A DNA stretch of 64,000 nt from Candidatus Flemingiibacterium merdigallinarum (GCA_904386005.1 CAJFKR010000003.1:7587-71586), one strand, 5' to 3'; positions 1 to 10,717 are shown, counted from the first letter of the stretch. Made by a program: numbers and translations. The notes: generated by a model from the letters alone, not told the origin.

Positions 1-1256
1 TTCTATATCCCGAGTGGTCGCTGTATATGAACTACTACTTCGCCGACGAGGCGAACGGCGAGGTCGTAAACGACGCCGTATACGAACGCCTTCGTCGGGT
101 CGAGGAGTTCTTCAACATCGATTTCGAATGGTACTCGCCCGGGTATGTCGATTCGGTCTATCCGGAGCTACAAAAGGTCGTGACCGCGGGACTGCCCGAA
201 TATGATTTGGTGCTGACTCACTGTGCGACGTCGCTGACCGGATATGTGACCGAGGGACTGATCTGCAACTGGATTGATATGCCGGGGGTCGATTTGGAAA
301 AGCCCTACTGGAACCAGTCGGTTCGCGAGAATTTCGAGGTCAAGGGCGTGCTCCCGTTTATGGCGAGCGACTACATACTGCCGGACGTCAACTCGATTTT
401 CTTCAACAAGGACCTGATTGCCGAATACAGTCTCGACGACCCGTATGCGCTTGTTGAGGACGGCAGCTGGACTTGGGAAAAGCTGAATACCATGGCTACA
501 GTCGCGTCGCGCGACCTGAACGGCGACAATATCATGGATGAACAGGATCAATACGGCTTTGTCGGCGAGCGAGACTGGCAGTTTTCATCGGTCATGACGT
601 CCTGCGGTCAGCTGCTCTTCGGCAAAAACGATGAGGGTATTCCGGAAGTCATCTGTGATAACGAAAAGACCCAGTCGATACTCGACATGATTTGCAATCT
701 GATTTATCGGGACAACACGTCCTATACATGGGCGTTTTCAGCCGAATATGACATCAACGCCGGCGGACGACCTCCGGTCGCGTTTGACAACAACCGTTCG
801 CTCTTTTATCTGACTCCCCTGAGTCTCGCTACCACTTATCGAGAAGCCGAGGTGAATTACGGTATTGTTCCGCTTCCCAAATATGATGAGAATCAGGAGG
901 ATTACATAACGCTCAACTGGTCGGGCTTTATGTGCATTCCCGCGACAGTCGAGGATATCGAATGCGTCGGAATGGTCTGCGAAATGCTCGCCGCCGAGAG
1001 CTGCCGCACGGTAATTCCGGCATTCTATGATGTGCTGCTCGGTGAAAAAATCGCGCTTGACCCGACGGCAAAGGAAATGCTTGACATCATTTTTGACGAT
1101 ACGGTCTATGACCTCGGAGTCAATTTGAGTCAGTATCATATCGTTTACAGCCAGATTGCGAGCGATTCGCCCAACAACTCGGCCTATCTCGCGGCTAATC
1201 TTCCGAGTATAGAGAAAACTATTGAAGATTATGTCGAGGGCTGCGAGGGATATTAA
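1..1256 (+). CDS. Solute-binding lipoprotein paralog (family-1 / LplA-like SBP), 5' end cut by window edge
   Basis: The frame is open from base 3. LYPEWSLYMNYYFADEANGEVVNDAVYERLRRVEEFFNI aligns colinearly with the full-length neighbour at 1515..2966, so the tracked ATG at 27 is internal. Family motifs KPYWNQS, DLNGD, DQYGFV and LPKYDENQ are present. Confidence 0.8.
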   Translation, partial: LYPEWSLYMNYYFADEANGEVVNDAVYERLRRVEEFFNIDFEWYSPGYVDSVYPELQKVVTAGLPEYDLVLTHCATSLTGYVTEGLICNWIDMPGVDLEKPYWNQSVRENFEVKGVLPFMASDYILPDVNSIFFNKDLIAEYSLDDPYALVEDGSWTWEKLNTMATVASRDLNGDNIMDEQDQYGFVGERDWQFSSVMTSCGQLLFGKNDEGIPEVICDNEKTQSILDMICNLIYRDNTSYTWAFSAEYDINAGGRPPVAFDNNRSLFYLTPLSLATTYREAEVNYGIVPLPKYDENQEDYITLNWSGFMCIPATVEDIECVGMVCEMLAAESCRTVIPAFYDVLLGEKIALDPTAKEMLDIIFDDTVYDLGVNLSQYHIVYSQIASDSPNNSAYLAANLPSIEKTIEDYVEGCEGY

Positions 1257-1273
1257 TCCTGAGTGCAAAATGT

Positions 1274-1301
1274 ACCGGCTCAATGCGAGCCGGTCTTTTT
1301 T
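1274..1301 (+). terminator. Rho-independent terminator
   Basis: Stem accggctc / gagccggt with loop aatgc, followed by cTTTTTT, 18 nt after the stop codon. Confidence 0.75.
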
Positions 1302-1514
1302 ATGCTCGATGTCAATTTATCAGCCGATATAATTTGTCGATGACCTCGATTTTATAAACGCAATACCGATAATTACATATATATTACAATAAAATACATA
1401 TACTTTATCTTGATGATATGTTATAATTATTGTATACAATGTGAACAACAGACATGAGAGGTGCAAATAAATATTGTCACTTGTGTAAAATAAATCGAAA
1501 GGCAGGCTGCATTT

Positions 1515-2966
1515 ATGAAGCGGATTATCACAGCATTACTCTTTACGGCACTACTTGTCTCAAGCGTTTCCTGCGCCTCGGAACAGACGACCGTCGAAAC
1601 GACTGTCGCGGCGCGCTCGGTCGAGACCACCGCTCCCGAGGAGGACGACTACGGCTATGTCGACCCCGAGCTGCCCGAAAAGGATTATGATGGACGGGCA
1701 TTCAATATTTTGTATCCCGAATGGTCGCTCTACAACAATTACTATTTCGCCGAGGAAGATAACGGCGAGGTCGTAAATGATGCCCTGTATGACCGAGCGC
1801 GGCGGGTCGAGGAGTATTTCAACATTGATTTTTCATACATTACGCTTGGATATATCGAGACAATCTATCCAGCGGTGCAGAAGGTCGTCGCGGCTGGTAT
1901 GTCCGAATATGACCTTGTACTCACACATAACTCAACGTCGCTGACCGGATATGTGACCGAGGGTATCGTCGCGAATTGGAACAGCGTACCATCAATCGAT
2001 CTTGACAAGCCTTATTGGAATCAGTCGGTGCGTGAGAGCTTCGAGGTAAATGGTATACTTCCGTTTATGTCGAGCGACTACATACTGCCTGACGTCAACT
2101 CGATTTTCTTCAATAAAGGGCTGATTGAGCAGTATAGTCTCGAAAATCCGTATGAACTCGTCGAGTCGGGCGTTTGGACTTGGGATAAGCTACGTGAGTT
2201 GGCGTCTGGAGCCGCTGCCGACCTGAATGGCGACAGTATTATGGACGATCAGGATCAATACGGATTTGTCGCCGAGCTTGGCTGGCAATTCGCTTCAGTG
2301 TTCACAGCCTGCGGTCAGGATTATTTCGGCAAGGATGACGATGGGTTGCCCGCAATCGCCTGCGACAACGATAAGACGCAGGATATCCTCGAGAAGATAA
2401 CACAGCTGTTATACCGTGATGACTGTTCATATACTTGGAATCACTCGGCTGAATACGATCCAAATCAGGGAGGTACTCCACCTGTGTCCTTTGACAACGG
2501 TCGCGCACTATTTTATCTGACTCCATTGAGCCTTGCTACCACCTTCCGCGAAACCTTGGTCGATTACGGTATCCTGCCACTGCCGAAATACGACGAAAAT
2601 CAAAGCGATTACTCAACGCTGAATTGGGCGGGCTTCATGTGCATTCCGGCGAGTGTTTCTGACCTTGAATGCGTCGGACTCGTCAGCGAGATGCTCGCCG
2701 CCGAAAGCTGCCGCACAGTAATGCCGGCGTTCTACGACGTTCTGCTCGGTGAAAAAATCGCGCTCGACCCCGACGCAAAGGAAATGCTCGATATCCTGTT
2801 CGACAATACAATTTATGACCTCGGAGTTAATCTCAGCTATTACAGCCTGTGTTCATCGCAGATTTCAAACGATTCGCCAAACAATACGTCCTATCTCGCG
2901 TCCAACCGCGCGGCCATTGAAAAGACGATAAACGACTACATCGAGGGCTGCGAGGGCTACAATTGA
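1515..2966 (+). CDS. Solute-binding lipoprotein paralog (family-1 / LplA-like SBP)
   Basis: 483 aa. Signal peptide ends in ...LLVSSVSC. Colinear with 1..1256, 8429..9904 and 44301..45782 (GEVVNDALYDRARRVEEYFNI, KPYWNQS, DLNGD, LPKYDENQSDY). Confidence 0.8.
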   Translation: MKRIITALLFTALLVSSVSCASEQTTVETTVAARSVETTAPEEDDYGYVDPELPEKDYDGRAFNILYPEWSLYNNYYFAEEDNGEVVNDALYDRARRVEEYFNIDFSYITLGYIETIYPAVQKVVAAGMSEYDLVLTHNSTSLTGYVTEGIVANWNSVPSIDLDKPYWNQSVRESFEVNGILPFMSSDYILPDVNSIFFNKGLIEQYSLENPYELVESGVWTWDKLRELASGAAADLNGDSIMDDQDQYGFVAELGWQFASVFTACGQDYFGKDDDGLPAIACDNDKTQDILEKITQLLYRDDCSYTWNHSAEYDPNQGGTPPVSFDNGRALFYLTPLSLATTFRETLVDYGILPLPKYDENQSDYSTLNWAGFMCIPASVSDLECVGLVSEMLAAESCRTVMPAFYDVLLGEKIALDPDAKEMLDILFDNTIYDLGVNLSYYSLCSSQISNDSPNNTSYLASNRAAIEKTINDYIEGCEGYN

Positions 2967-2972
2967 TTTAAC

Positions 2973-3005
2973 AAATCCGCTGAAAAAACAGCGGATTTAA
3001 TTTTT
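2973..3005 (+). terminator. Rho-independent terminator
   Basis: Stem aaatccgctg / cagcggattt with loop aaaaaa, followed by aaTTTTT. Confidence 0.8.
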
Positions 3006-3207
3006 CAGCAGCTTATATAAATCTGTGTTCACAGTGTTCGTTGCCACAAATTACAAAATCGAATGTTCAAATTGTGTAAGTTGTTGAAAATTGTCATTAT
3101 ATTTTTACAGTTTGAATGAAAGTTCAGCATATTTTGATATTTACACGAAATCCGAAAAATGCTACAATATATATAAATATATACTCTGATATATTGTTTT
3201 ATTCCTG

Positions 3208-4548
3208 ATGGATTTTGAGGTGTTAAAAATAGAAACCAGTAATATTTACAGACGAGTTGGTATAATGACGCTCGGCTGTAAGGTCAACCAATATGAAAGT
3301 CAGGCGATTGCCGAGGAGTTCGAGAAGAACGGCTTTATAATCGGCAGATTCTCTGAGAAATGCGGGATTTACATCATCAATACCTGCACCGTAACCTCCG
3401 AAAGCGATCGCAAAACCCGGCAGATGATACGCCGCGCCGCACGTCACAACCCGAAGGCCTTCATCCTCGTGACCGGCTGCTATTCGCAGCTCAATCCGGG
3501 CAAGACCGCGGGCATCGACGGCGTCGATTTTATCTGCGGCAACGGCAACAAGCTGCGGCTCGTCGACGCCGCGCTCGGACTTATCGCATCCGGCGAGAAG
3601 AATGGCGCCGCTGATATAAAGGTCGACGACGTCGAACAGTCGCCGCTCGAACCTATGAAGATACATTCGTCTGAGCGCACCCGCGCGTATGTTAAGATCG
3701 AGGACGGCTGTAACAATCACTGCACTTACTGCACTGTGCCGCTCGCACGCGGTCATGTCCGTTCGAAGCCGATCGACGAGGTCGTATCCGAGGTTTCGGG
3801 GCTCTGCGGCGCGGGCTACAGCGAAGTGGTGCTCACCGGTATCGAAACCGCGTCGTATGGCCGCGACTTCGATAATAAAACTGACCTCGCGACACTGCTC
3901 GAAGCGGTCGATAAGGTCGACGGCATCGGTCAGATACGGCTCGGCTCGCTCGACCCGTCGCTGCTGAAGCCCGAATTCGTATCGCGGCTCGCGTCGCTCA
4001 AGCATTTCGCTCCCCACCTGCACCTGTCAATACAGTCGGGTTCGGACAAGATTCTATCGGTAATGGGCAGAAAATACAGCTCCGCCGAGATTGAGAACTA
4101 CATCGCCGACACTCGCGCCAAACTGCCCGGCATCACGTTCGCGGCTGACATCATCGTCGGCTTCCCGGGCGAGACCGAGGAGCTGTTTTGTGAGACGGTC
4201 GAATTCGTCAAGCGCGTGAAATTCACGCACCTTCACATCTTCCCCTATTCGAAGCGCCCGGGAACGCCCGCGGCGAGTATGCCGGATCAGGTCGCGGAGG
4301 ACGTAAAGAACGAGCGCGTGAAGCGGCTCGAAGCCGCTGAGCGCGAGGTCGCTTTCGAGCTCGCGAACGACTATATCGGCAAGCAGCGCGATGTGCTGTT
4401 TGAGCTCTGCGAGGATGGCCGCGCTACCGGTCACACGCCCGAATTTCTTGAGGTCGCGGTCATCACGAACGACGACCTGCACGGCGAGACCAAGAAGGTC
4501 AAGCTGAACGGCTTTGACGGTACGGTCTTTTCGGGATTCATAATATAA
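3208..4548 (+). CDS. mtaB: Radical-SAM tRNA methylthiotransferase, MtaB-like
   Basis: MTTase N-terminal motif TLGCKVNQYES, radical-SAM CNNHCTYCTVP cluster motif, and a TRAM-like C-terminus. The start is uncertain (3208 or the internal ATG at 3265). Confidence 0.8.
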   Translation: MDFEVLKIETSNIYRRVGIMTLGCKVNQYESQAIAEEFEKNGFIIGRFSEKCGIYIINTCTVTSESDRKTRQMIRRAARHNPKAFILVTGCYSQLNPGKTAGIDGVDFICGNGNKLRLVDAALGLIASGEKNGAADIKVDDVEQSPLEPMKIHSSERTRAYVKIEDGCNNHCTYCTVPLARGHVRSKPIDEVVSEVSGLCGAGYSEVVLTGIETASYGRDFDNKTDLATLLEAVDKVDGIGQIRLGSLDPSLLKPEFVSRLASLKHFAPHLHLSIQSGSDKILSVMGRKYSSAEIENYIADTRAKLPGITFAADIIVGFPGETEELFCETVEFVKRVKFTHLHIFPYSKRPGTPAASMPDQVAEDVKNERVKRLEAAEREVAFELANDYIGKQRDVLFELCEDGRATGHTPEFLEVAVITNDDLHGETKKVKLNGFDGTVFSGFII

Positions 4549-4564
4549 TAGGAGGAGTCGGATT

Positions 4565-7500
4565 ATGGTTTTACGAGTCTATGTGGAAAAGCAGCCCGAG
4601 CACGCGGTCGAGGCAAGACAGCTCTTCGCGGATATCCGCGAGAATCTGATGATTACGTCGCTTGAGTCGCTGCGTATGCTGAACCGCTACGACGTCGAGG
4701 GGATCTCGCTCGACGTATACAATAAGGCAAAAAACACGATATTCTCCGAGCCGCAGAGCGATATCGTCTACGATGAGCTCGAATATTCTGACAGCGACCG
4801 CGTGTTCGCGGTCGAATACCTGCCCGGACAGTTCGACCAGCGCGCCGATTCCTGCGCGCAGTGCATACAGCTCCTGACCTACGAGGAGCGTCCGACCGTC
4901 CGCACGGCAAAGGTGTATATTCTCTCCGGAGACCTCAGCGACGACGACCTTGCGCGCATCAAGCATTATGTTATAAATCCGGTCGAGAGCCGCGAGGCTT
5001 CGCTCGCGCTGCCCGAGACGCTCGCCGACAATTTCGAGATTCCGACTACGGTCGAGACTATCGACGGCTTTATCTCGATGGGCGAGGACGAGCTGCACGC
5101 TTTCCTCAAAAAATACGCGCTCGCAATGGACTTTGACGATGTCGTGTTCTGCCAGAGCTATTTTAAGAATGAGGAGAAACGCGACCCGACTATAACCGAG
5201 ATCCGAATGATCGACTCGTACTGGTCCGACCACTGCCGCCACACGACCTTCACGACCGCGATTGACGACATCAAATTCGGCAACGACTACATCGAGGAGA
5301 CCTACAAGGATTATATAAGCAAGCGCGGCGAGGTTTACGGCAGCCGCAAGAAGAATATCACGCTCATGGACATGGCTACGCTCGGCGCGAAGTATCTTAA
5401 AAAGACCGGTCAGCTCAAGAACCTTGACGAATCGGAGGAGATCAACGCCTGCTCGGTCAGGATCAAAGTCGACATCGACGGCAGAGCCGAGGACTGGCTG
5501 CTCATGTTCAAGAACGAGACTCACAACCATCCGACCGAAATCGAGCCGTTCGGCGGTGCGGCCACCTGCCTTGGCGGCGCGATACGCGACCCGTTGTCTG
5601 GACGCTCGTATGTATATCAGGCGATGCGCGTCACCGGCTGCGCCGACCCGCGCACTCCGGTCGCCGACACTCTGCCCGGCAAGCTGCCGCAGTCGAAGCT
5701 GACTCACGGTGCGTCGGCCGGATATTCGTCCTACGGCAACCAGATCGGTCTCGCGACCGGCGCGGTATACGAGCTGTACCACCCGAACTATGTCGCGAAG
5801 CACCTTGAAATCGGCGCGGTAGTCGGCGCGGCTCCCGCGCGCAATGTCGTCCGCGAGCGTCCGGCTCCCGGCGACGTCATTATTCTGCTCGGCGGCCGAA
5901 CCGGTCGCGACGGCTGTGGAGGAGCCACCGGCTCGTCGAAGGCTCACACACACGATTCGCTGACCACCTGCGGCGCGGAGGTGCAGAAGGGAAATCCGCC
6001 TGAAGAACGCAAGCTACAGCGTCTCTTCCGCGACCCCGACGTCACCCGTCTTATCAAGCGCTGCAACGACTTCGGCGCGGGCGGAGTCTCGGTCGCGATA
6101 GGCGAGCTCGCCGACGGACTTGACATCGACCTGTCGCGCGTACCTAAGAAATACGAGGGACTCGACGGCACCGAGCTCGCGATCTCCGAGTCGCAGGAGC
6201 GCATGGCGGTAGTAGTCGCGCGCGAGGACGCTGAAAAATTCCGTGAATACGCGTCACGCGAGAACCTCGAATCGACAGTTGTGGCTGTAGTTACCGAGGA
6301 ACCGAGACTGCGCATGAAGTGGAACGACAGCTATATTGTCGACCTGTCGCGCGAATTCCTCAATTCAAACGGAGCGGAGAAGCACACTACAATCGAAATC
6401 GAGCCGGTCGACAGCGATACGATCCTCGACGGCTTTGCGCCGGCACTTGCCGATATGCCGGTCGCCGACGCGATGAAGTCTCTGCTCTCCGACCTCAACG
6501 TCTGCTCCGAGCGCGGACTCGTCGAGAAGTTCGACAGCACGATCGGCGCGGGCACGGTCGTTATGCCCTACGGCGGAAAATATCAGATTACACAGCCGCA
6601 GTATATGGCGGCTAAGCTGCCGGTGCTCGACGGCGAGACCGACACAACGTCGGTAATGGCGTACGGCTTCGACCCGTATCTGTCCGAGAAGAGCCCGTAT
6701 CACGGCGCTATGTACGCGGTCGTCGAGTCGGCGGCGAAGCTCGTTGCAGCCGGAATCGACTACAAGAGCGCGTATCTCACGTTCCAGGAGTACTTCGAGC
6801 GCACGCAGAACACACCGTCGCGCTGGGGCAAGCCGGCGGCAGCGCTGCTCGGCGCGCTGAAGGCGCAGTGCGAGCTCGGAATCGCCGCGATTGGCGGCAA
6901 GGACTCGATGTCCGGCACGTTTGAGGATATCGACGTCCCGCCGACACTCGTATCCTTTGCGATAGCGACGCACGACGCGAAAAAAATAATCACCCCCGAA
7001 TTCAAGTCGACGGGCGACAAGGTATATCTGTTCATTCCGAAATACACAGCCGACAAGCTGCCCTGCTTTGACAGCCTGCGCGCGCTGTTCGACTATATCC
7101 ACAGCCTTGCCGAAACCGGCGAGGTCAAGGCGATATACACGCTCGACAACGGCGGCGCCGCCGAGGGACTCGCGAAGATGTCGTTCGGCAATCGAATCGG
7201 CTTCAAGGGCGATATGCTCGACAGCGAGCTGCTGTTCGGTCTCAATTACGGCGGCTTCATTGTCGAGACAACCGGCGGAGCCAATGGCTCGGACAAGTTT
7301 GACTGCCGTCTCATCGGTCAGACGGTCGAGTCCGAGTCGCTGACGCTCGGCGAGGCGACAGTGACGATTGACGAGCTGCAAAGCGCGTGGGAGTCGACGC
7401 TTGAGGGAATATTCCCGACGAAGGTCGCTTCCGTGCCCGCGGTCAAGACTGAGGTCTTCACCTGCGACAAACGTCCGACGATATCGACATCGGTCAAATT

Positions 7501-8305
7501 CGCATCGCCGCGCGTAGTCATTCCGGTATTCCCGGGCACGAACTGCGAGTACGATACAATGCGCCGATTCAAAGCCGCGGGCGCGAATACGAGCATATTC
7601 GTTCTCCGCAACCTCGACGCGAAGTCGCTCGGCGAGTCGGTCGACGAGCTGGCAGAGCTCATCGACAACGCGCAGATATTCATGCTGCCCGGCGGATTCT
7701 CGGGCGGCGACGAGCCGGACGGCTCGGGCAAGTTCATCACAGCCGTACTGCGCAGTCCGAAGATAAAGGAAGCGGTTACGCGCCTTATCGAAAATCGCGA
7801 CGGACTGGTGCTCGGTATCTGCAACGGCTTCCAGGCGCTCGTCAAATCGGGTCTGCTGCCTTATGGCAGAATCATGGACGAGATGACTCCCGACTGCCCG
7901 ACGCTGACCTTCAACTCGATCGGTCGTCACCAGTCGATGATGGTACACACGCGCATCGCGTCGGTCAAGTCGCCGTGGCTCGCCGGAGTCAACGCGGGCG
8001 ACATCCACACGATCCCGATCTCTCACGGCGAAGGACGCTTCTGGGCGAGCGATGAGCTGATTAGAAAGCTCGCCGCAAACGGTCAGATAGCTACGCAGTA
8101 CTGCGACCTCGATGGAAATCCGACTATGGATATCCGCTACAACCCGAATTCGTCCTGCTTCGCTATCGAGGGCATACTCAGCCCCGACGGTCGAATCTTC
8201 GGCAAGATGGGGCACAGCGAGCGAATCGGCCGCAACGTCGCCGTCAACATCGAGGGCGACAAGGATCAGCACCTCTTTGAGTCGGGCGTACGGTATTTCA
8301 AATAA
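4565..8305 (+). CDS. purL: Phosphoribosylformylglycinamidine (FGAM) synthase, single-chain large type
   Basis: 1246 aa. AIRS-type domains (ETHNHPTEIEPFGGAATCLGG, GGRTGRDGCGGATGSS) are followed by a C-terminal glutaminase domain (GICNGFQAL ... SHGEGRF). GGAGG lies 8 nt upstream of the ATG. Confidence 0.93.
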   Translation: MVLRVYVEKQPEHAVEARQLFADIRENLMITSLESLRMLNRYDVEGISLDVYNKAKNTIFSEPQSDIVYDELEYSDSDRVFAVEYLPGQFDQRADSCAQCIQLLTYEERPTVRTAKVYILSGDLSDDDLARIKHYVINPVESREASLALPETLADNFEIPTTVETIDGFISMGEDELHAFLKKYALAMDFDDVVFCQSYFKNEEKRDPTITEIRMIDSYWSDHCRHTTFTTAIDDIKFGNDYIEETYKDYISKRGEVYGSRKKNITLMDMATLGAKYLKKTGQLKNLDESEEINACSVRIKVDIDGRAEDWLLMFKNETHNHPTEIEPFGGAATCLGGAIRDPLSGRSYVYQAMRVTGCADPRTPVADTLPGKLPQSKLTHGASAGYSSYGNQIGLATGAVYELYHPNYVAKHLEIGAVVGAAPARNVVRERPAPGDVIILLGGRTGRDGCGGATGSSKAHTHDSLTTCGAEVQKGNPPEERKLQRLFRDPDVTRLIKRCNDFGAGGVSVAIGELADGLDIDLSRVPKKYEGLDGTELAISESQERMAVVVAREDAEKFREYASRENLESTVVAVVTEEPRLRMKWNDSYIVDLSREFLNSNGAEKHTTIEIEPVDSDTILDGFAPALADMPVADAMKSLLSDLNVCSERGLVEKFDSTIGAGTVVMPYGGKYQITQPQYMAAKLPVLDGETDTTSVMAYGFDPYLSEKSPYHGAMYAVVESAAKLVAAGIDYKSAYLTFQEYFERTQNTPSRWGKPAAALLGALKAQCELGIAAIGGKDSMSGTFEDIDVPPTLVSFAIATHDAKKIITPEFKSTGDKVYLFIPKYTADKLPCFDSLRALFDYIHSLAETGEVKAIYTLDNGGAAEGLAKMSFGNRIGFKGDMLDSELLFGLNYGGFIVETTGGANGSDKFDCRLIGQTVESESLTLGEATVTIDELQSAWESTLEGIFPTKVASVPAVKTEVFTCDKRPTISTSVKFASPRVVIPVFPGTNCEYDTMRRFKAAGANTSIFVLRNLDAKSLGESVDELAELIDNAQIFMLPGGFSGGDEPDGSGKFITAVLRSPKIKEAVTRLIENRDGLVLGICNGFQALVKSGLLPYGRIMDEMTPDCPTLTFNSIGRHQSMMVHTRIASVKSPWLAGVNAGDIHTIPISHGEGRFWASDELIRKLAANGQIATQYCDLDGNPTMDIRYNPNSSCFAIEGILSPDGRIFGKMGHSERIGRNVAVNIEGDKDQHLFESGVRYFK

Positions 8306-8311
8306 ACAAAA

Positions 8312-8344
8312 GACGGAGATACCGCAAAAAAAACGGTATCTCCG
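8312..8344. terminator. Hairpin between convergent genes (likely terminator, better on minus strand)
   Basis: 12-bp stem acggagataccg / cggtatctccgt. The minus-strand reading is followed by cTTTTgTTTaTTT. The plus-strand reading lacks a U-tract. Confidence 0.6.
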
Positions 8345-8428
8345 TTGTGTTACAGTTACCTATACCGGTGTTCTACAACTATAAATCCGGACGCTTTACA
8401 GCTATAAATCCCGGCGTTGATCAAGGCT

Positions 8429-9904
8429 TCAGTCTTCAAGTGCCAGAATGTCTTCTACGAAATTGTCTATCGCGGTCTGTGCCGCGGTTTCGTTGGACGC
8501 GTAATATGAGGACCAGTTCGTGTTGTTGGCGACTATGAAATTCTTGATAGCGTTAAATGGTATTCCAAGCGCGCCTCCGTAGAGCGCGCCGAAATCAAAG
8601 ACTACGTTTTCGCGGATAAGGTCGAACATCTGCGCCGACTCGTCGCTGCGCGAGTATTTGATTTTAAGCGCGACCTCGTAATACGCCGGAGCAACTGTCG
8701 CGTATCCCTCATATGCGAGCGCTTCCAGCGTTGCCGCCGCCATATTCGGGTCGGCGCAGGACGCGGTTATGCCGAAAAGCGTATTGGCTTCGCCAAGCCG
8801 GGTCGCGTATTCGGTCTGCGTATCATCATATTTCGGATAGGGCAAGATATAATAGTCATCGGCCATATTGTTGTATTCGTTGGCGGCGTTGCCAAAAAAT
8901 CCGGTGGTCAATACGGCGCGACCGTCTGTGAATATCCGGTAGTTTTGTTCTAACTCAGCGTCCTTTCCGAGATATACGCCCTCCGAATCATAAATGAAGG
9001 CGCGCAGATTTTCTATCGCGTCCGTAACTCTTTCTGTGCCGAAAGACAGCTCAGGTATACCGTCGGCGTTGTTTGTTGTGACCTTGAGTCCGAACGATTG
9101 CTGGAAGCCGGTTATGCCATTCGTGTTGTAGAGTACAAGACCGTAGCTATCCTCGGCGTCAGCTAACTCATTACCGTTCAAATCCTGATATGTGTCGGCG
9201 ACAATCTCACGCACGGCGTCGAGCGTCCAGTTGCCGCTTGTCACTAATTCTATCGGATTATCAAGCTGATATTCTTCAAACAGACGCTTGTTGCCGAACA
9301 TACAGCAGACTGTGGATATGGACGTTGTGGACATATTGCCGGCAGCCAGATATAACCTGCCGTCTATCGCGGTTTCTTCGATCAAGTCGTTTATCCACCA
9401 GGGCTGAGTGAAGTCGAGGTGCTCGAGATTTTCAAGATTCAAGTAGATACCGTCGGTTATCAGTGTGGGCATAGTCGCGTATTGACCGCTGACGATATCG
9501 TAAATGCCGTCTCCGGACATGACGCTGTTGCGAATCGCGCCGATGTAGATGTCGCGAGTGCTCCATGCGTAGGACATACCAATGTGATCGAGCGTTACAT
9601 TGAGCATTTCCTCGATGTTGCGGTCACGTTCGTACAACGCGTCGTTCACGACATCGCCGTCCTGCTCCTCGACGAATTCGTTGTTTTCCTCCCACCAGAG
9701 AATGCTCACGCTTTCGCCTCCGAAATCGAGTCCGGTAAGCGAGCTTGGTATTGTCTCGTTTTCGGTCGTCTCGGCTGCGGTCGAGCCGTCGGGCGCGTCG
9801 GTCACCGCGTCGTCGGTACTGTCACCGCAGGCGACCAGCAGATTTGACAGAATAAGTCCGGACAGAATCAATGCGAGTTTGCGTTTATTATTCATAATAT
9901 TCAC
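8429..9904 (-). CDS. Solute-binding lipoprotein paralog (family-1 / LplA-like SBP)
   Basis: The tracked ORF (to 10150) is over-extended. A GTG at 9904 lies 6 nt after GGGAG, or the ATG at 9895 could be used. This gives MNNKRKLALILSGLILSNLLVAC with lipobox LVAC. Family motifs GDVVNDALYERDRNIEEMLNV, QPWWIN and DLNGN are present. Confidence 0.8.
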   Translation of the reverse strand: MNIMNNKRKLALILSGLILSNLLVACGDSTDDAVTDAPDGSTAAETTENETIPSSLTGLDFGGESVSILWWEENNEFVEEQDGDVVNDALYERDRNIEEMLNVTLDHIGMSYAWSTRDIYIGAIRNSVMSGDGIYDIVSGQYATMPTLITDGIYLNLENLEHLDFTQPWWINDLIEETAIDGRLYLAAGNMSTTSISTVCCMFGNKRLFEEYQLDNPIELVTSGNWTLDAVREIVADTYQDLNGNELADAEDSYGLVLYNTNGITGFQQSFGLKVTTNNADGIPELSFGTERVTDAIENLRAFIYDSEGVYLGKDAELEQNYRIFTDGRAVLTTGFFGNAANEYNNMADDYYILPYPKYDDTQTEYATRLGEANTLFGITASCADPNMAAATLEALAYEGYATVAPAYYEVALKIKYSRSDESAQMFDLIRENVVFDFGALYGGALGIPFNAIKNFIVANNTNWSSYYASNETAAQTAIDNFVEDILALED

Positions 9905-10030
9905 AATAATCTCCCTGTTTTTTATTTTATATAAGCTATTATAGCAAAAGTGCGGGCGGTTGTAAATAGACAAATCAACCATATCAGCACAAATCGACCA
10001 TGTTCGATAATCAAGGAAAGGAATATTCAC

Positions 10031-10717
10031 ATGAGATACGAAACACACGCGCATACATCCGAGACCAGCCGCTGTTCGCATATCAGCGGCGGCGAACTCG
10101 CCGAATTCTACAAGTCGCTCGGATATACCGGACTGTTCATCACCGACCATTTTTTCAACGGCAACACCACCGTGCCGCGCGAGCTCGACTGGAACGAGCG
10201 GGTCGACCTGTTCTGCGCCGGCTACGACGCCGCGAAGGCGGTCGGCGACAAGATCGGTCTGGATGTGTTTTTCGGCTGGGAATATTCAATTAACGGAAAC
10301 GATTTTCTGATATACGGTCTCGACCGCGACTGGCTGTACGCGCACCCCGACCAGCTCGACTGGAAGTTGAGAGACTATATGAGCCGCGTCCGCGCTGACG
10401 GCGGATTCGTCGTACACGCGCATCCATTCCGCGAGGCGGGATACATTGAATTGATACGGCTGATACCGCGTGATGTCGACGCGGTCGAGATCATCAACTC
10501 GAGCATGACGCCCGAGGTCAACGAGCGCGCCGAGTGGTATGCCGGAAGCTACGGACTTTTGAAAACCGCCGGTTCAGACAACCATGTCGGTCGGCGTGAG
10601 CTGCTCGCCGGAGTCGATTTGCCGAAACGCATATCGAGCGCGCGCGAATACGGCGAGCTGCTCTTCGAGGGCAGGGCGGAGATATTCTGCGAGCGGATGA
10701 GCTATGATGAAAAATGA
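10031..10717 (+). CDS. PHP-domain metal-dependent phosphoesterase
   Basis: MRYETHAHTSETSRCS ... VVHAHPFRE ... GSDNHV histidine motifs. AAGGAAAGGAA precedes the ATG at 10031, and the tracked start at 9950 has no RBS. Confidence 0.7.
   Translation: MRYETHAHTSETSRCSHISGGELAEFYKSLGYTGLFITDHFFNGNTTVPRELDWNERVDLFCAGYDAAKAVGDKIGLDVFFGWEYSINGNDFLIYGLDRDWLYAHPDQLDWKLRDYMSRVRADGGFVVHAHPFREAGYIELIRLIPRDVDAVEIINSSMTPEVNERAEWYAGSYGLLKTAGSDNHVGRRELLAGVDLPKRISSAREYGELLFEGRAEIFCERMSYDEK

Noticed and set aside
4571-8272. Long minus-strand ORFs (4571..5953, 460 aa; 6365..8272, 635 aa) antisense to purL
   Set aside because: These are Arg/Ala/Val-rich shadow frames typical of GC-rich coding DNA. They have no RBS or recognisable motif. 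The plus-strand PurL reading is unambiguous across the whole span.
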